From an uncultured delta proteobacterium (GTDB taxonomy: Bacteria; Desulfobacterota; Syntrophobacteria; BM002): a stretch of 64,000 nucleotides of DNA. Positions 1-10,072 of the stretch are shown here, one piece after another. The first letter of the stretch is position 1; every line of letters begins with the position of its first letter. Location of the stretch: NCBI GenBank assembly GCA_963712115.1, contig CAVQGX010000007.1, positions 14,978-78,977 of the forward strand. The letters run 5' to 3'. A model generated the notes under the pieces. It was not told where the DNA came from. It ran no database searches and was given only the letters and a program-made list of their open reading frames with translations. A program made the position numbers and the translations under genes.

Positions 1-222
1 ATCCCCAAAGGAGTTGTCCTTCCCGGTCCATATTCGGGCCAGGAGGGTGAGCAGTAGTCGATCTTGGACACTCAGTTTAAGATTGTCGATATCCTGGAGA
101 ATCATCAGGAGGTCGAATTCCTTTGTGCCACAGTTCCAGTATTTCTGCCATTTAAAAGGTAGACAGCGCTGCATCAGTTCCATAAACCTTAACTTCCGAT
201 TCCTGCTATTCTCCGAATGCAT
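1..222 (-). CDS. hypothetical protein, truncated by window edge
   Basis: Hand-translated open frame MHSENSRNRKLRFMELMQRCLPFKWQKYWNCG... runs off the left edge; AGGTGGGG SD-like sequence upstream. Confidence 0.45.
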   Translation of the reverse strand, partial: MHSENSRNRKLRFMELMQRCLPFKWQKYWNCGTKEFDLLMILQDIDNLKLSVQDRLLLTLLARIWTGKDNSFGD

Positions 223-379
223 TAAGATCCCCACCTAATGAGCGACAGTTTTTTTATTAACAGATTTTGGATCGAAATCCCAGCGAAAATTGGCCGGTCC
301 AAACAGAGTGCATAAGGGTTACCTGGGGGCAAAGAAATTTTGACAGTCCCGTAGCAATTAGCTCAGGAAAATGAAGCAT

Positions 380-916
380 CTATTCCGGCAAATTCTTGCC
401 GAACTTCTCTATAGCCTCAGGGATCTGTTTGCGTATAAAAGTCTCTTTTTCGAGCTCAGAAAGTCTCTCAAATATCTGATATTTTGGATGCGATTCGCTA
501 AGCGGCGGAACCAGAGTTGTTCCTTGTTCCTTTAACTGCTGATATTGCTCGATTAGTTCAACAATCGGCACCTGACGCCTAGCGCTACTTTCCAACCAGT
601 TGAGTCTTCTCATACATTCGAAGCGAAGCTGATCCAGCAAGTAGATCGAGATGTCGATGACTTCCATCTTCTCAGCTTTATCTAGTTGGAAAAAATCAGA
701 GGTGGTGCCCAGGTCCTTTACCCCCATGACCAGCTCATACAAGGCAAAAATGTTCTGGTCGCCTGGAGAGATGAGAAAGAGTAAGATCTTGTTCGACAAG
801 TCGGACAGGCTGGTTTGCTCGTCCAATTTCTCTTTGAAGCGTCTCGACCAGGACCTAAACCCCCTTATTGCAGCCTGTTTGCGCTTAAAGGAATCCAGTT
901 GGATAACTTCTGCCAT
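380..916 (-). CDS. conserved-looking hypothetical protein (178 aa)
   Basis: Long ORF with natural composition; no motif recognised. Confidence 0.75.
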   Translation of the reverse strand: MAEVIQLDSFKRKQAAIRGFRSWSRRFKEKLDEQTSLSDLSNKILLFLISPGDQNIFALYELVMGVKDLGTTSDFFQLDKAEKMEVIDISIYLLDQLRFECMRRLNWLESSARRQVPIVELIEQYQQLKEQGTTLVPPLSESHPKYQIFERLSELEKETFIRKQIPEAIEKFGKNLPE

Positions 917-1168
917 TGCCTAGGAGTGCTCTCCAGCGAGAAAGTGAGTGAAATCGTCGGAAACTGAGGCTACTCTCAATCCTCCATTGCCATGATTACC
1001 AAGCCTTATGCGATCAAAGAGCCGTCCAGAGTTCTCATTTAGCCCGAATGTCAAAAAATAAGGAGGTGCGCCTGGACTTTATTATAATGGAGAATATAGG
1101 AGCCTAACTTATTACTTATAGCATGACTGGTAATGCACCGCAAGAAAAACTGCACCGCATTATCGCGG

Positions 1169-1957
1169 TCAAGATGAGCAGAAGTGGTCTCGGGCCTCAT
1201 CAAAGAGGCGCATGAACTCCTCAACGTCTTTTTTGGCAATTACTCTCTTGAGCTCAAAGATTATCCTCTCAAATTCTCGAAAAAATACTCCGTAAGTTGA
1301 ATTGAGCATTGGCATGGCTGCATAGAGATCTGCATCCTGGTCAAGGAGATGACTAATCTCCATGAGTCTCCTATGGAATGCGGGGGTGGCAAATCTTTTT
1401 AGGCTTTTAAGATCCATGCCCAACGAATCGATGGTGAGTCCTAGAACCAGAGTACTGAAATGAGTAAGACCTTGTACTACTGCCATATAAAAGTCATGGA
1501 CTTCTGGTGCAACCACCTCTACCTGGGCGCCACTTTCCAACAAAAGGTTGTTGAGCCAATCTTGCCACTTACGCCCTCGACCGGGACAAAGCACCACGGT
1601 CTGCCCGGTGATGTTAGGCTCACCTGGTCCAAATAGCGGGTGGGTCCCTATCACAGAGGAAGAGGAGACCTCGAGCATTGTTCTGAGCACCTCGCTCTTG
1701 ATTGAGGCAATATCCATGAGCAAAGCATCATCCCTGACCAGATGGCCGATATTTCGTACCACTTCCACCGTGTGCTGCAAGGGAACCGCCACAAGCAACA
1801 CATCACACCTTGGCGCCAAGTCTTCTGCCATTATTTCAGTATCAAGATCAGCCACTGATACCCTATACCCTAGCTCCTCGAAATATCGATGAAACCAGCG
1901 GCCCATCTTACCATGGCCGCCAACTATGCCAATCTCTATGTCCTTGTCGTTTTTCAT
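1169..1957 (-). CDS. tyrA: prephenate/arogenate dehydrogenase
   Basis: Rossmann GIVGGHGKMG, DIASIK, HPLFGP, HD..MAVVQGLTH motifs; last gene of aro operon. Confidence 0.9.
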   Translation of the reverse strand: MKNDKDIEIGIVGGHGKMGRWFHRYFEELGYRVSVADLDTEIMAEDLAPRCDVLLVAVPLQHTVEVVRNIGHLVRDDALLMDIASIKSEVLRTMLEVSSSSVIGTHPLFGPGEPNITGQTVVLCPGRGRKWQDWLNNLLLESGAQVEVVAPEVHDFYMAVVQGLTHFSTLVLGLTIDSLGMDLKSLKRFATPAFHRRLMEISHLLDQDADLYAAMPMLNSTYGVFFREFERIIFELKRVIAKKDVEEFMRLFDEARDHFCSS

Positions 1958-1966
1958 TGATCAGTT

Positions 1967-2092
1967 CTCATTGGGCATTTCACATTTTGCATCTGGCATT
2001 TATCAATCTCACATGAGAAGCATAATCAGACTCCATTTCATCCAAATGGGAAATGATAGATGAGAAATGGAGAATGCGAAATTTGAAATGTG
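1967..2092. repeat. fold-back heptamer array (NNCATTT)n ... (AAATGNN)n
   Basis: ggcattt-cacattt-tgcatct-ggcattt on the left, aaatggg-aaatgat-agatgag-aaatgga-gaatgcg on the right. Confidence 0.8.
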
Positions 2093-2107
2093 CGGGCAGT
2101 CTGTTGT

Positions 2108-3364
2108 CTATCCGTACAGATGCTCAAAAGTCTCCCAGAATTGGGGAAAAGACTTGTTTACACACATCTCATCAACTATACGGACTCCCTTCGCCACCAG
2201 CCCAGCAACGGCGAAACTCATGGCAATTCGGTGATCATTATGGGAATCAATCAAGGCTCCTTGGGGATTTCCACCTCTGATAGTGAGGCAGTCTTCCTTC
2301 TCCTCCACCTGGACATTCATTTTCTCAAGTCCTTCTGCAATCGCTCGGAGTCGATCGCTTTCTTTTATCCGCAGGTGGCCAACGTTAGTGATAACCGTTT
2401 TACCTTGGGCAAAGGCAGCCGTGACAGCGAGAGTTGGCACCATGTCGGGCATATCCTTCATATCCACCTCAATAGATCGAAGTTCTCCACCATACAGTGT
2501 CACACCGTAGTCATGCCACTCAGCCCGACATCCCATCTGGCATAGAATGTCCAGAAAGGCCAAATCCCCTTGACGGCTCTTATGGAGGATGTTTTTAGTT
2601 GACACTTTTCCCCCGGTGATGGCGGCGGCTGCCCAAAAGTATGAGGCCGATGAGCAGTCTCCCTCCACATCATAACTGCCTGCCAGGTAGCGTCCCGGCG
2701 CCTCCACCCGGAGATTTTCCTCATCCAGCCAACGCGCCTTTGCGCCAAACACGGACATCCCCTCCAAGGTCACATCTACGTACGGCTTGGAAACCAGTCC
2801 CTGGACGGCAACCTCAACGGGCTGTGAAGCATAGGGTGCCGCTAAAAGAATGGCAGAAACGAACTGACTTGATCGGCTCGCATTCACTTTGGTGCTGCCA
2901 CCTTTGAGACCACTGCCGTGGATGCGTACAGGAGGATAGCCCCTTTCTTGCAGGCTTTCAACCACTCCCCCTAGTGGCTGCAAGGCGACCAGCAGTTCTT
3001 CAATGGGACGAGTGTGCATTCGCTCATTTCCGACAAGTACAGACGATCCCCGGCCCAAACAGGCCACTGCAGTTAGTAACCTCATGGAGGTGCCTGCGTT
3101 TTCCAGATAGATGGGTTCTGACGGACAATTGAGGACGCCGCCCGTGCCAATTACTTCTATTGCCTCGGGTGAATGTCTGATCTGTGCCCCGAACCTTTCG
3201 AGCGCCGTTGCGGTGTAGCGGGTGTCATCGCACCAAAGTCCGTTGCGCAGCCAACTCCTCCCCTCGGCAAGGGCAGCCATAATTAGGTAGCGGTGGGTAA
3301 CGCTTTTGGAACCTGGGATATTTACAGATTTATCGAGATTATCAATGGTCTTTATCTGCTTCAT
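2108..3364 (-). CDS. aroA: 3-phosphoshikimate 1-carboxyvinyltransferase (EPSP synthase)
   Basis: PGSKSVTHR, NAGTSMR, SSQF, RIKESDR, DHRIAMS, KSFP motifs; start placed at MKQIKT (ORF track extends to 3403). Confidence 0.96.
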   Translation of the reverse strand: MKQIKTIDNLDKSVNIPGSKSVTHRYLIMAALAEGRSWLRNGLWCDDTRYTATALERFGAQIRHSPEAIEVIGTGGVLNCPSEPIYLENAGTSMRLLTAVACLGRGSSVLVGNERMHTRPIEELLVALQPLGGVVESLQERGYPPVRIHGSGLKGGSTKVNASRSSQFVSAILLAAPYASQPVEVAVQGLVSKPYVDVTLEGMSVFGAKARWLDEENLRVEAPGRYLAGSYDVEGDCSSASYFWAAAAITGGKVSTKNILHKSRQGDLAFLDILCQMGCRAEWHDYGVTLYGGELRSIEVDMKDMPDMVPTLAVTAAFAQGKTVITNVGHLRIKESDRLRAIAEGLEKMNVQVEEKEDCLTIRGGNPQGALIDSHNDHRIAMSFAVAGLVAKGVRIVDEMCVNKSFPQFWETFEHLYG

Positions 3365-3412
3365 TGCAAGTCTTGACACCCTGTTGCACGTGGTTGACTC
3401 CAAGGGTGTGAA

Positions 3413-4234
3413 CTATAGGGTTTCGTCTCCAGCTGCCTCCTCGAGCGCCCTACGCATAACTTCAACAGGCGCCGCTCTGCCAGTCCAGATTTCAAACTGG
3501 GCAACACCTTGATAAAGAAGCATGTCGAGTCCGGAAAGGCAGCCGCATCCAGCCCTCTCAGCATCTTGGAGAAGTCTTGTTTTAAGCGGGCGATATACCA
3601 TGTCCAAAACCACCATTCCGTCTCGCAGCCAATGAGCTGGAACCAGACTCTGATCCATTGTGGCCGACATACCCACGGTGGTGGCATTCACGACAAAATC
3701 CGTTCTGAACTGATCCCAGGCTTGCCCTGGCACAAAAGTGCAGTTCATTTCAGCTGCAAGCTTCTGTCCACGTGCTTCATTTCGGTTCATGATAAAAACT
3801 TGTGTGTCCTTGCTTTGCAAGCCATAGATAGCAGATCGAGCCGCACCACCGGCCCCCAGAATCAGGCCACGCTTACCCCCAAGCTCGGTCATCTGCTCCA
3901 ATGCCTGAACAACTCCCAGCCAGTCTGTATTGCTTCCATACAACCTGCCCTCTCGGGACAGAATTGTGTTCACTGCACCAATAGCGCGGCCTATCTCATC
4001 CACCTCGTCCAGATGGGGTATAATTTTTTCTTTGTGAGGAACCGTAATGCTGGCTCCTCGAAAACCCAATTTTCTTATGGCGGAGGCGGCTTCCCCTGCC
4101 TCATCCACCCGAAAAGCCAGATAGGCCAGGTTCAAACCCAGGTAAGAGAAGGCAGCGTTGTGCATCTGGGGGCTCAGGCTGTGGGCAACCGGATTGCCGA
4201 AAATAGCCACATATTCGGTCTGGGCGTCGATCAT
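3413..4234 (-). CDS. aroE: shikimate dehydrogenase
   Basis: GNPVAHSLSP.MHN, TVPHK, GAVNT, NTD, GAGGAA, DMVY.P..T motifs. Confidence 0.95.
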   Translation of the reverse strand: MIDAQTEYVAIFGNPVAHSLSPQMHNAAFSYLGLNLAYLAFRVDEAGEAASAIRKLGFRGASITVPHKEKIIPHLDEVDEIGRAIGAVNTILSREGRLYGSNTDWLGVVQALEQMTELGGKRGLILGAGGAARSAIYGLQSKDTQVFIMNRNEARGQKLAAEMNCTFVPGQAWDQFRTDFVVNATTVGMSATMDQSLVPAHWLRDGMVVLDMVYRPLKTRLLQDAERAGCGCLSGLDMLLYQGVAQFEIWTGRAAPVEVMRRALEEAAGDETL

Positions 4235-4899
4235 TTCAACAGCTCCAGAAGCTGGCGCATTTTTGCCAGAGTGAGCTGCCCCGGAGCAGCTTCAGCACCG
4301 CTTTCCAAAGCCGCGTAAGTGAAAGCTCCCCCCATCAAAAGGCAAGCCAATCTGCTGATTCGACCTAGAGGCCCAAGACAGAAGGCCACCACCTCTATGC
4401 CCCTGTTTCTACCCCGACCAATGAGATTCAACGATGAAATATTATCTTCCATCCTTTGAGCCAGAGTGACCACCTTTACCACCCCAGTACTTGAGGCGGC
4501 CATTTGGTCGAACAATGATTCGAGCTCCCTCTCTGCTGGAGTTTGTGCAAAATCATGGTAACTGAGAATGACCCGCTCCCGCATAGCTGAGAGTTCGTCT
4601 GGCAATGGTTCGCTCGGGCGGAATTCCCAGTCCACATATGAACTTCCACTGGTCGCAGCACGGCTTAGAAGTCTAAGTTGCTGCTGTCTAGTGCCTGAAA
4701 AATGACCCCCTTGCTCCACCGAGCGCACCGTGGCAATTACCGGCAAAGGAGATTGCGGCAAAACGGTCTCCACCTCAGGATCCCGGGTAACATCCAACCG
4801 CCACTCCAGTAAATCAGCACCCTCATCTCGCGCCCTGCACATGGTTTCGAGCACTCGATCAGCCGCTTCCACCATCACTGACACGCAGATTTGCGTCAA
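4231..4899 (-). CDS. aroD: type I 3-dehydroquinate dehydratase
   Basis: EWRLD, IATVR...QGG, SYHDF..TP, AAPGQ motifs. Confidence 0.93.
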   Translation of the reverse strand: MTQICVSVMVEAADRVLETMCRARDEGADLLEWRLDVTRDPEVETVLPQSPLPVIATVRSVEQGGHFSGTRQQQLRLLSRAATSGSSYVDWEFRPSEPLPDELSAMRERVILSYHDFAQTPAERELESLFDQMAASSTGVVKVVTLAQRMEDNISSLNLIGRGRNRGIEVVAFCLGPLGRISRLACLLMGGAFTYAALESGAEAAPGQLTLAKMRQLLELLK

Positions 4900-5219
4900 T
4901 TTTTTTTCCTTGCAGGAGATTCACCCTCGCCAGTCACCAGGCGTGACTGAATATCCCGAGAAGCGGCGAGGATTTCGCCGAAAATCTTCTTCACTGCACC
5001 CCAGGCCAGGGGACCTTGGTTCTGGCTTGCCAGCCTCCGAAATATTGCTTGTTCCCTGTTTAAGTCCATGGCATCCCTGCCCGCCTTGTTTTTGAGCGCA
5101 GCAATCTCCTCAACCAAGAGCATGCGTTGGTTAAGCAACCGGAGAATTTGATTGTCCAAATCATCTATGTCCTGTCGCAATTGCTGTAGATCAGACCTAT
5201 CTTTCTTGATCTCATTCAT
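4896..5219 (-). CDS. monofunctional chorismate mutase (AroQ type)
   Basis: L..LRQDIDDLD.QIL.LLN.R...K...D..RE pattern; ATGA overlap with upstream gene. Confidence 0.88.
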   Translation of the reverse strand: MNEIKKDRSDLQQLRQDIDDLDNQILRLLNQRMLLVEEIAALKNKAGRDAMDLNREQAIFRRLASQNQGPLAWGAVKKIFGEILAASRDIQSRLVTGEGESPARKKN

Positions 5220-6208
5220 TTTTCCCAAATGGTCTCCTCTACTTTGTGACCAAAGTGGCGTCCGGCGGACTCCAGAGCAACGAGCACCTCGCTCCCCCTT
5301 TCCAAAGAAACCACAGAACGGGGCTCGCCATCCGGTGCAGTGAGCCGGATAGTTTCGGCATTCTGCACCAAGGTGGAGATTTCTCCTGCCTCGGTCTCTG
5401 CTGTAACCAGCAATAGGGGGCGCCGCTCTATTTTCATTCGACCTACTATAACTTCATAAGCGAGCCCTCGATGATCTACGCACAAAACTGGATCCCCAGC
5501 CATCAATTCTGAAAGGTAGCGGGTCTTACCTCCGGGTACCCTAATGTAGGCATGAACCGGACCTGCATTCACCCTAAAGGGGCGTGGAGCTACATAGGGA
5601 TTTTCCACACTTTCAGCGTGGATGAGAAAGAGCCCGCCACTACTATTGCCCACGAGCATACCCTGACCCTGATCCATTTGGGTGCAGGTATCCACACAGG
5701 CACGATCTCCTAAACCTGCCTGACGCACGGTAATTATTCGCCCAGTGCTAAGCTGGATCTGCTCACCTTGCTCACGAACCACGGCAAGGGTTTTCTTTAG
5801 TTCTAAAGGATCAAGAGTCTCAATCAATATTCCGGCAACCCCTCGTTCTAGAACAGAGAGAGCATTCCTGGCTTCCTCACTGTTGGTCACCACCGTGAAA
5901 ATATTGTCCGCCTGAGCCACCAGATTCTCAAGGGGTATTATCGTCCAGTCCGTAGTGCGCACCACTACCGTAGCACTATGGGCCAGCTTGAGGATCTCCT
6001 TTTCATCATCCTGGTTCTTGACTTCATAGAATACAACTTCTTGGTCGAGCTTTAGATCGCCATCAGGGGCAATGGTGGCTATCCGTCCCAGTTCTTTTAC
6101 TTTCTGATGGTATCCCTCCGGAACCATGACGGCTGCAGCTCCTCCCTCAAGAGCAGTTGTCACCAGCGACTTGTTCCAGGGATCCACCTTTACCCAAGCT
6201 ACTTTCAT
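5216..6208 (-). CDS. 3-dehydroquinate synthase II (archaeal-type AroB')
   Basis: [44 protein letters not shown] motifs. Confidence 0.93.
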   Translation of the reverse strand: MKVAWVKVDPWNKSLVTTALEGGAAAVMVPEGYHQKVKELGRIATIAPDGDLKLDQEVVFYEVKNQDDEKEILKLAHSATVVVRTTDWTIIPLENLVAQADNIFTVVTNSEEARNALSVLERGVAGILIETLDPLELKKTLAVVREQGEQIQLSTGRIITVRQAGLGDRACVDTCTQMDQGQGMLVGNSSGGLFLIHAESVENPYVAPRPFRVNAGPVHAYIRVPGGKTRYLSELMAGDPVLCVDHRGLAYEVIVGRMKIERRPLLLVTAETEAGEISTLVQNAETIRLTAPDGEPRSVVSLERGSEVLVALESAGRHFGHKVEETIWEK

Positions 6209-7035
6209 CCCGTTAATTTTCTCCTCTCAGATTCCAAAAGATCACTTTTGAGAAAAGCCAAGGCTTCTTCCACCGTGGCATTCTCATGAACTATCATGCT
6301 AATCGCCCCCACCATCCTTGTGGGGTCAGCATGCTGAAATATGTTCCGACCTATAGAAACGCCTTTGCCGCCGGCATCCATAGCCCCCCTCACAACTTGA
6401 AGGATCTCTTTGTCCGACTCCATTTTTTCACCACCGGCGATGACCACCGGAACCGGACACCCAAGTACCACTTCCCGGAAGGATTCCACACTGCCGCTGT
6501 AAGATATCTTGACCAGGTCAGCACCAAGCTCTGCTCCGAGCCGAGCAGCATGCTTCAGCACTTTAGGGTCGTACTCATTGTCTATCTTCTCACCACGAGG
6601 ATAGATCATTGCCAATAGAGGCATTCCCCATTCCCGGGCCCGGCGAGAAACCATGCCAAAATCACTTAGCATCTGTCGTTCCATTTCATCGCCAATGTTC
6701 ACATGTATGGATACCGCATCGGCACCCAAGCACAGAGCCTCTTCAACCGTGCAAATCATGGTCTTGGTGTTGGGATAGGGGGAAAGGGAAGTACTGGCAG
6801 ACAGATGAATGATTAGGCCAACGTCTTTGCCACTCCGGCGATGACCTGCACCGACCATTCCCTTATGTTCCACAATGGCATTTGCTCCGCCCCTGACAAC
6901 GTTATCAATTGCATCTCTCAAATCTATGATGCCAGCGATCGGACCAGAGCTAACCCCGTGATCCATGGGGACAATGACAGTTTTGCTGGTATTCCGGTCA
7001 ATTATCCGTTCCATCCTAATGTGTTTACCTATCAT
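6205..7035 (-). CDS. 2-amino-3,7-dideoxy-D-threo-hept-6-ulosonate synthase (archaeal-type AroA', class I aldolase family)
   Basis: [44 protein letters not shown]; directly upstream of DHQ synthase II. Confidence 0.9.
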   Translation of the reverse strand: MIGKHIRMERIIDRNTSKTVIVPMDHGVSSGPIAGIIDLRDAIDNVVRGGANAIVEHKGMVGAGHRRSGKDVGLIIHLSASTSLSPYPNTKTMICTVEEALCLGADAVSIHVNIGDEMERQMLSDFGMVSRRAREWGMPLLAMIYPRGEKIDNEYDPKVLKHAARLGAELGADLVKISYSGSVESFREVVLGCPVPVVIAGGEKMESDKEILQVVRGAMDAGGKGVSIGRNIFQHADPTRMVGAISMIVHENATVEEALAFLKSDLLESERRKLTG

Positions 7036-7168
7036 GTGCAACTCCTTTTGCTAGTAAGGGTAAACGTGCCAATAAGGTGCGTTGAAAATCCATGAGCCTA
7101 TTAATTTAATAAAAAGGTAATCCTCCACATTTAAGGTATACATTCAAAAAACGGACCATTTCTCCCCC

Positions 7169-7205
7169 AAATAAAAAAGCCGCGGCTCGGGACTGCCGCG
7201 GCTTT
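7169..7205 (-). terminator. attenuator terminator of the aro operon
   Basis: Minus strand AAAGCCGCGGC-AGTCCCGA-GCCGCGGCTTTTTTATTT: 11-bp stem plus U tract, between leader peptide and first gene. Confidence 0.9.
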
Positions 7206-7230
7206 CGGAACATACTCAGCAACTATCGGG

Positions 7231-7311
7231 TCAGCATGCGCGCACAGCTCCCTCTATCGCCACCATGGCGTAATAATAATAGCAAAAAAATGGGGAGGGC
7301 CGTCGCTTCAT
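7231..7311 (-). CDS. aro operon leader peptide (Phe/Tyr-rich, 26 aa)
   Basis: MKRRPSPFFCYYYYAMVAIEGAVRAC*, with AAAGGG upstream; its GGGAGCTGTG segment can pair with the terminator 5' arm and loop. Confidence 0.82.
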   Translation of the reverse strand: MKRRPSPFFCYYYYAMVAIEGAVRAC

Positions 7312-7347
7312 TTTTCCCTTTCAGCTATGTTTGTGGCTGAGTTCAGC

Positions 7348-7376
7348 AAGTTAGACTATACAGCCAGAAAAGTCAA
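7348..7376 (-). promoter_or_regulatory. sigma70-type promoter of the aro leader
   Basis: TTGACT-N17-TAACTT about 35 nt upstream of the leader ATG. Confidence 0.5.
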
Positions 7377-7503
7377 GTTCCTTTTCACAGTGGTTCTTGA
7401 CATTTTCCCATCCGTCATGAGAAGTTATCATACCTAGCCCGGATACTTCATGAATGGCCCATTCCGCCCGCTGGCTTTGACGTTCTAGGCTTACCTCCAG
7501 CCA

Positions 7504-7519
7504 AGGCATGAAGCTTGCA
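7504..7519 (+). promoter_or_regulatory. sigma54 (-24/-12) promoter
   Basis: AGGCATGAAGCTTGCA: GG-N10-GC with TTGCA, 40 nt upstream of the ATG at 7559. Confidence 0.6.
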
Positions 7520-7558
7520 TTCCATTTCCAGCCGGTACATTGGAAGAGGAGACCTACA

Positions 7559-8032
7559 ATGAGTGAGGACATTGTAAAAAGAGTGATAGCGAGAGTTGAA
7601 GAAATGTCCCGAGCTGGTGAGGTGTTCGAGGACAGAGACTTAGAGGAATTCGCCGTTACCATTCAACATCTTCTGAGAGAACGGACCCGCAGAGAGGAAA
7701 TTCTTGCCATCGCCGCCGCCACTCTAGCCTTAGACGAACACAAAAAAAGTCTTGAGAATAAAGTTGAGTATGCCAAGGTTGGTGGCCTCAAAGAAAGGGA
7801 GGCAACACTGCTGGAGATCTTGGACCAGATTGACAAAGAACTAGAGATGGCCGTGACCATGAAGATCCACGAATACACCTACCAAAAAAATATCGCTGAT
7901 GAGCTCAAAACGGCCATATTGGAGCATCTTGCGCCCACTATGGGGCGAGGAAAATGGCATGCCCGTGAACAGGAAGCTTTAATGCAAATTGTATCCAAAG
8001 CCCTGGAAGGGTACATGGTGGTTAAAGCCTAG
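7559..8032 (+). CDS. hypothetical helical/coiled-coil protein
   Basis: GAGGAG RBS before MSEDIVK; charged, helical composition. Confidence 0.75.
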   Translation: MSEDIVKRVIARVEEMSRAGEVFEDRDLEEFAVTIQHLLRERTRREEILAIAAATLALDEHKKSLENKVEYAKVGGLKEREATLLEILDQIDKELEMAVTMKIHEYTYQKNIADELKTAILEHLAPTMGRGKWHAREQEALMQIVSKALEGYMVVKA

Positions 8033-8078
8033 ATGACCGCAGGATTAGCAGGTGTACCTGAGTACCTCTTTGCTCTTT

Positions 8079-8840
8079 TCATTTCAGTCCACGAAAAAAG
8101 CCACCCACCGCTTGGATCCCCTGGGCATTGAGTATTCTCAAGGCCTGGCTTCCCACTACGGCAACTTCTGCTTTACCCCGGAGAAACTCGACGTCCTCTT
8201 TCGAGCTTACCCCAAAGCCGAGAGCCAGTGGCAGCTGAGTTGCTCTTCTACATTGGTTTAGAAAATCAGTCATTTCATTAGAAAAATCAGTATCCGAGCC
8301 GGTTACCCCTTTTCGAGCAACACAGTAAAAAAACCCCCGGCCGAAACGGGCCAAGTGATTGATCCTTTCGGGGGAGGAAGTAGGTGCAAGAATAAATATC
8401 GGATCTATGTTGTTTGCCGCGGCAGCAGCTATATACGACTCCCCCTCCTCAGGCGGCAAGTCGGGGACAATTGTACCACGAATACCCGCCTCTCTGGCCT
8501 CAGCAAGAAAACGTTCTTCTCCTCTTTTGAAAAGAATATTGTAGTAAGTCATGAACAGGAAAGGTATGTCGAAGGCAGAGGTAACCTTTTGGGCGAATCT
8601 AAAGCAATCATCCACCTTAATGGAATCTGCGATGGCAGCCTGATTCGCCTGTAGGATCACCGGGCCATCGGCAATCGGCTCTGAGAAGGGAATCTGCAGC
8701 TCCATCAGATCTACACCCGCTTCAACTATTGTTCGCACCAACTCAAAGCTGTCCTCAATGCTAGGATAGCCCACCACTATGTGGGCCATGAGCAGAATAT
8801 CTTTTTCCCTCAGCCTCTTCCGAATGTAGTCCTCAAGCAC
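8079..8840 (-). CDS. trpA: tryptophan synthase alpha subunit
   Basis: GYPS, ELQIPFSEPIADGPVI, MTYYN, VPDLPPEE, GVTG, GFGVS motifs. Confidence 0.96.
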   Translation of the reverse strand: MLEDYIRKRLREKDILLMAHIVVGYPSIEDSFELVRTIVEAGVDLMELQIPFSEPIADGPVILQANQAAIADSIKVDDCFRFAQKVTSAFDIPFLFMTYYNILFKRGEERFLAEAREAGIRGTIVPDLPPEEGESYIAAAAANNIDPIFILAPTSSPERINHLARFGRGFFYCVARKGVTGSDTDFSNEMTDFLNQCRRATQLPLALGFGVSSKEDVEFLRGKAEVAVVGSQALRILNAQGIQAVGGFFRGLK

Positions 8841-10062
8841 GATATTCCTCCGCTTTCGTCATAATAAAAGATTTCCACCCTACGTCTCCAAGAGCGTCAG
8901 CGATGGTAAAAATATCTTTGTCCCCTCTTCCTGAGAGATTTACTATGATCACATGGTCTCGACTCATCTCCCCTGCTTCCCTAAATGCACCGGCCAGAGC
9001 ATGAGCTGACTCCAGCGCCGGAATTATGCCCTCATTTCTCATTACCAGCCTGGTCGCCTCGATCACTTCTTTGTCGGTTGCGGCCTCAAAGCGAATCCTA
9101 CCTTCTTCATGATAGGCAGAAAGGATGGGTGACACCCCGATGTAATCCAGTCCTGCCGCCACACTGTGAGTTTCCAGCATTTGGCCGTCATCGTCCTGGA
9201 GAAAGTAGGTCTTGTAACCCTGGGCCACGCCCACGCTGCCGCGGCCTGAGGCCAAGCGGGTTGCGTGCTTGTCGCTTTCCAACCCCTCACCTCCAGCTTC
9301 GACACCTACAAGTTCCACCTCCGAGTTGTCAATAAAACCGTTGAATATCCCCAAGGCATTGGAACCCCCGCCCACGCAGGCATACACCCTACTTGGCGAC
9401 CGCCCTGCCTGCTCGATTATCTGGTCTCGCACCTCCAACCCCACGATGGATTGAAAATAGGACACCATCTCCGGGAATGGATGAGGCCCACATGCTGTAC
9501 CCAGAACATAGTGGGTGGTATCCATGTTTGCGGACCAATCGCGCAGGGCTTCATTTATAGCGTCCTTCAATATCCTGGCTCCGTCCTTCACTGGAACTAC
9601 TTTGGCCCCCAGCTGTTCCATCCAAAAAACATTTGGCCGCTGGCGTGCCACGTCCACCTCACCCATGTAGATAGTGCAGGAGTAACCGAATTTGGCTGCC
9701 ATAGTTGCTGTCGCTACCCCGTGTTGGCCCGCCCCGGTCTCCGCAATCACTCGGCTTTTTCCCATTCTACCTACTAACAGTCCCTGCCCTATGACGTTAT
9801 TCAGCTTATGGGCGCCGGTGTGATTGAGATCCTCCCGCTTCAGGTAGATCTGGGGGCCACCCAAATGGCGGCTCAGATTCTCCGCATAAGTTAGGGGGGT
9901 GGGTCGACACGAATAGGTTGACATGAGGCTCTGATAGGTTGACCAGAAATCGGGGTCATTTTTTGCACCCTTAAAGGCAACTCGCAGTTGTTCGAGGGTG
10001 GTGCTGAGAATTTCCGGAATGAATGCACCGCCAAAACGTCCATAGTAGCCTGGCTTATCCAT
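8833..10062 (-). CDS. trpB: tryptophan synthase beta subunit
   Basis: KREDLNHTGAHK, AETGAGQHGVA, CVGGGSNA, GIIPALESAHA, NLSGRGDKD motifs. Confidence 0.97.
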   Translation of the reverse strand: MDKPGYYGRFGGAFIPEILSTTLEQLRVAFKGAKNDPDFWSTYQSLMSTYSCRPTPLTYAENLSRHLGGPQIYLKREDLNHTGAHKLNNVIGQGLLVGRMGKSRVIAETGAGQHGVATATMAAKFGYSCTIYMGEVDVARQRPNVFWMEQLGAKVVPVKDGARILKDAINEALRDWSANMDTTHYVLGTACGPHPFPEMVSYFQSIVGLEVRDQIIEQAGRSPSRVYACVGGGSNALGIFNGFIDNSEVELVGVEAGGEGLESDKHATRLASGRGSVGVAQGYKTYFLQDDDGQMLETHSVAAGLDYIGVSPILSAYHEEGRIRFEAATDKEVIEATRLVMRNEGIIPALESAHALAGAFREAGEMSRDHVIIVNLSGRGDKDIFTIADALGDVGWKSFIMTKAEEYRA

Positions 10063-10072
10063 AATCACTCCT

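Noticed and set aside
3509-4318. Long antisense ORFs (269 aa here; also 12134-12779, 9265-9777 and 32205-32732)
   Set aside because: They are shadow frames opposite well-conserved genes and have no recognisable motifs.
7055-7072. TGGCACG upstream of the ADH synthase gene as a sigma54 promoter (also CGGCACG at 24354)
   Set aside because: There is no GC at the required -12 position.
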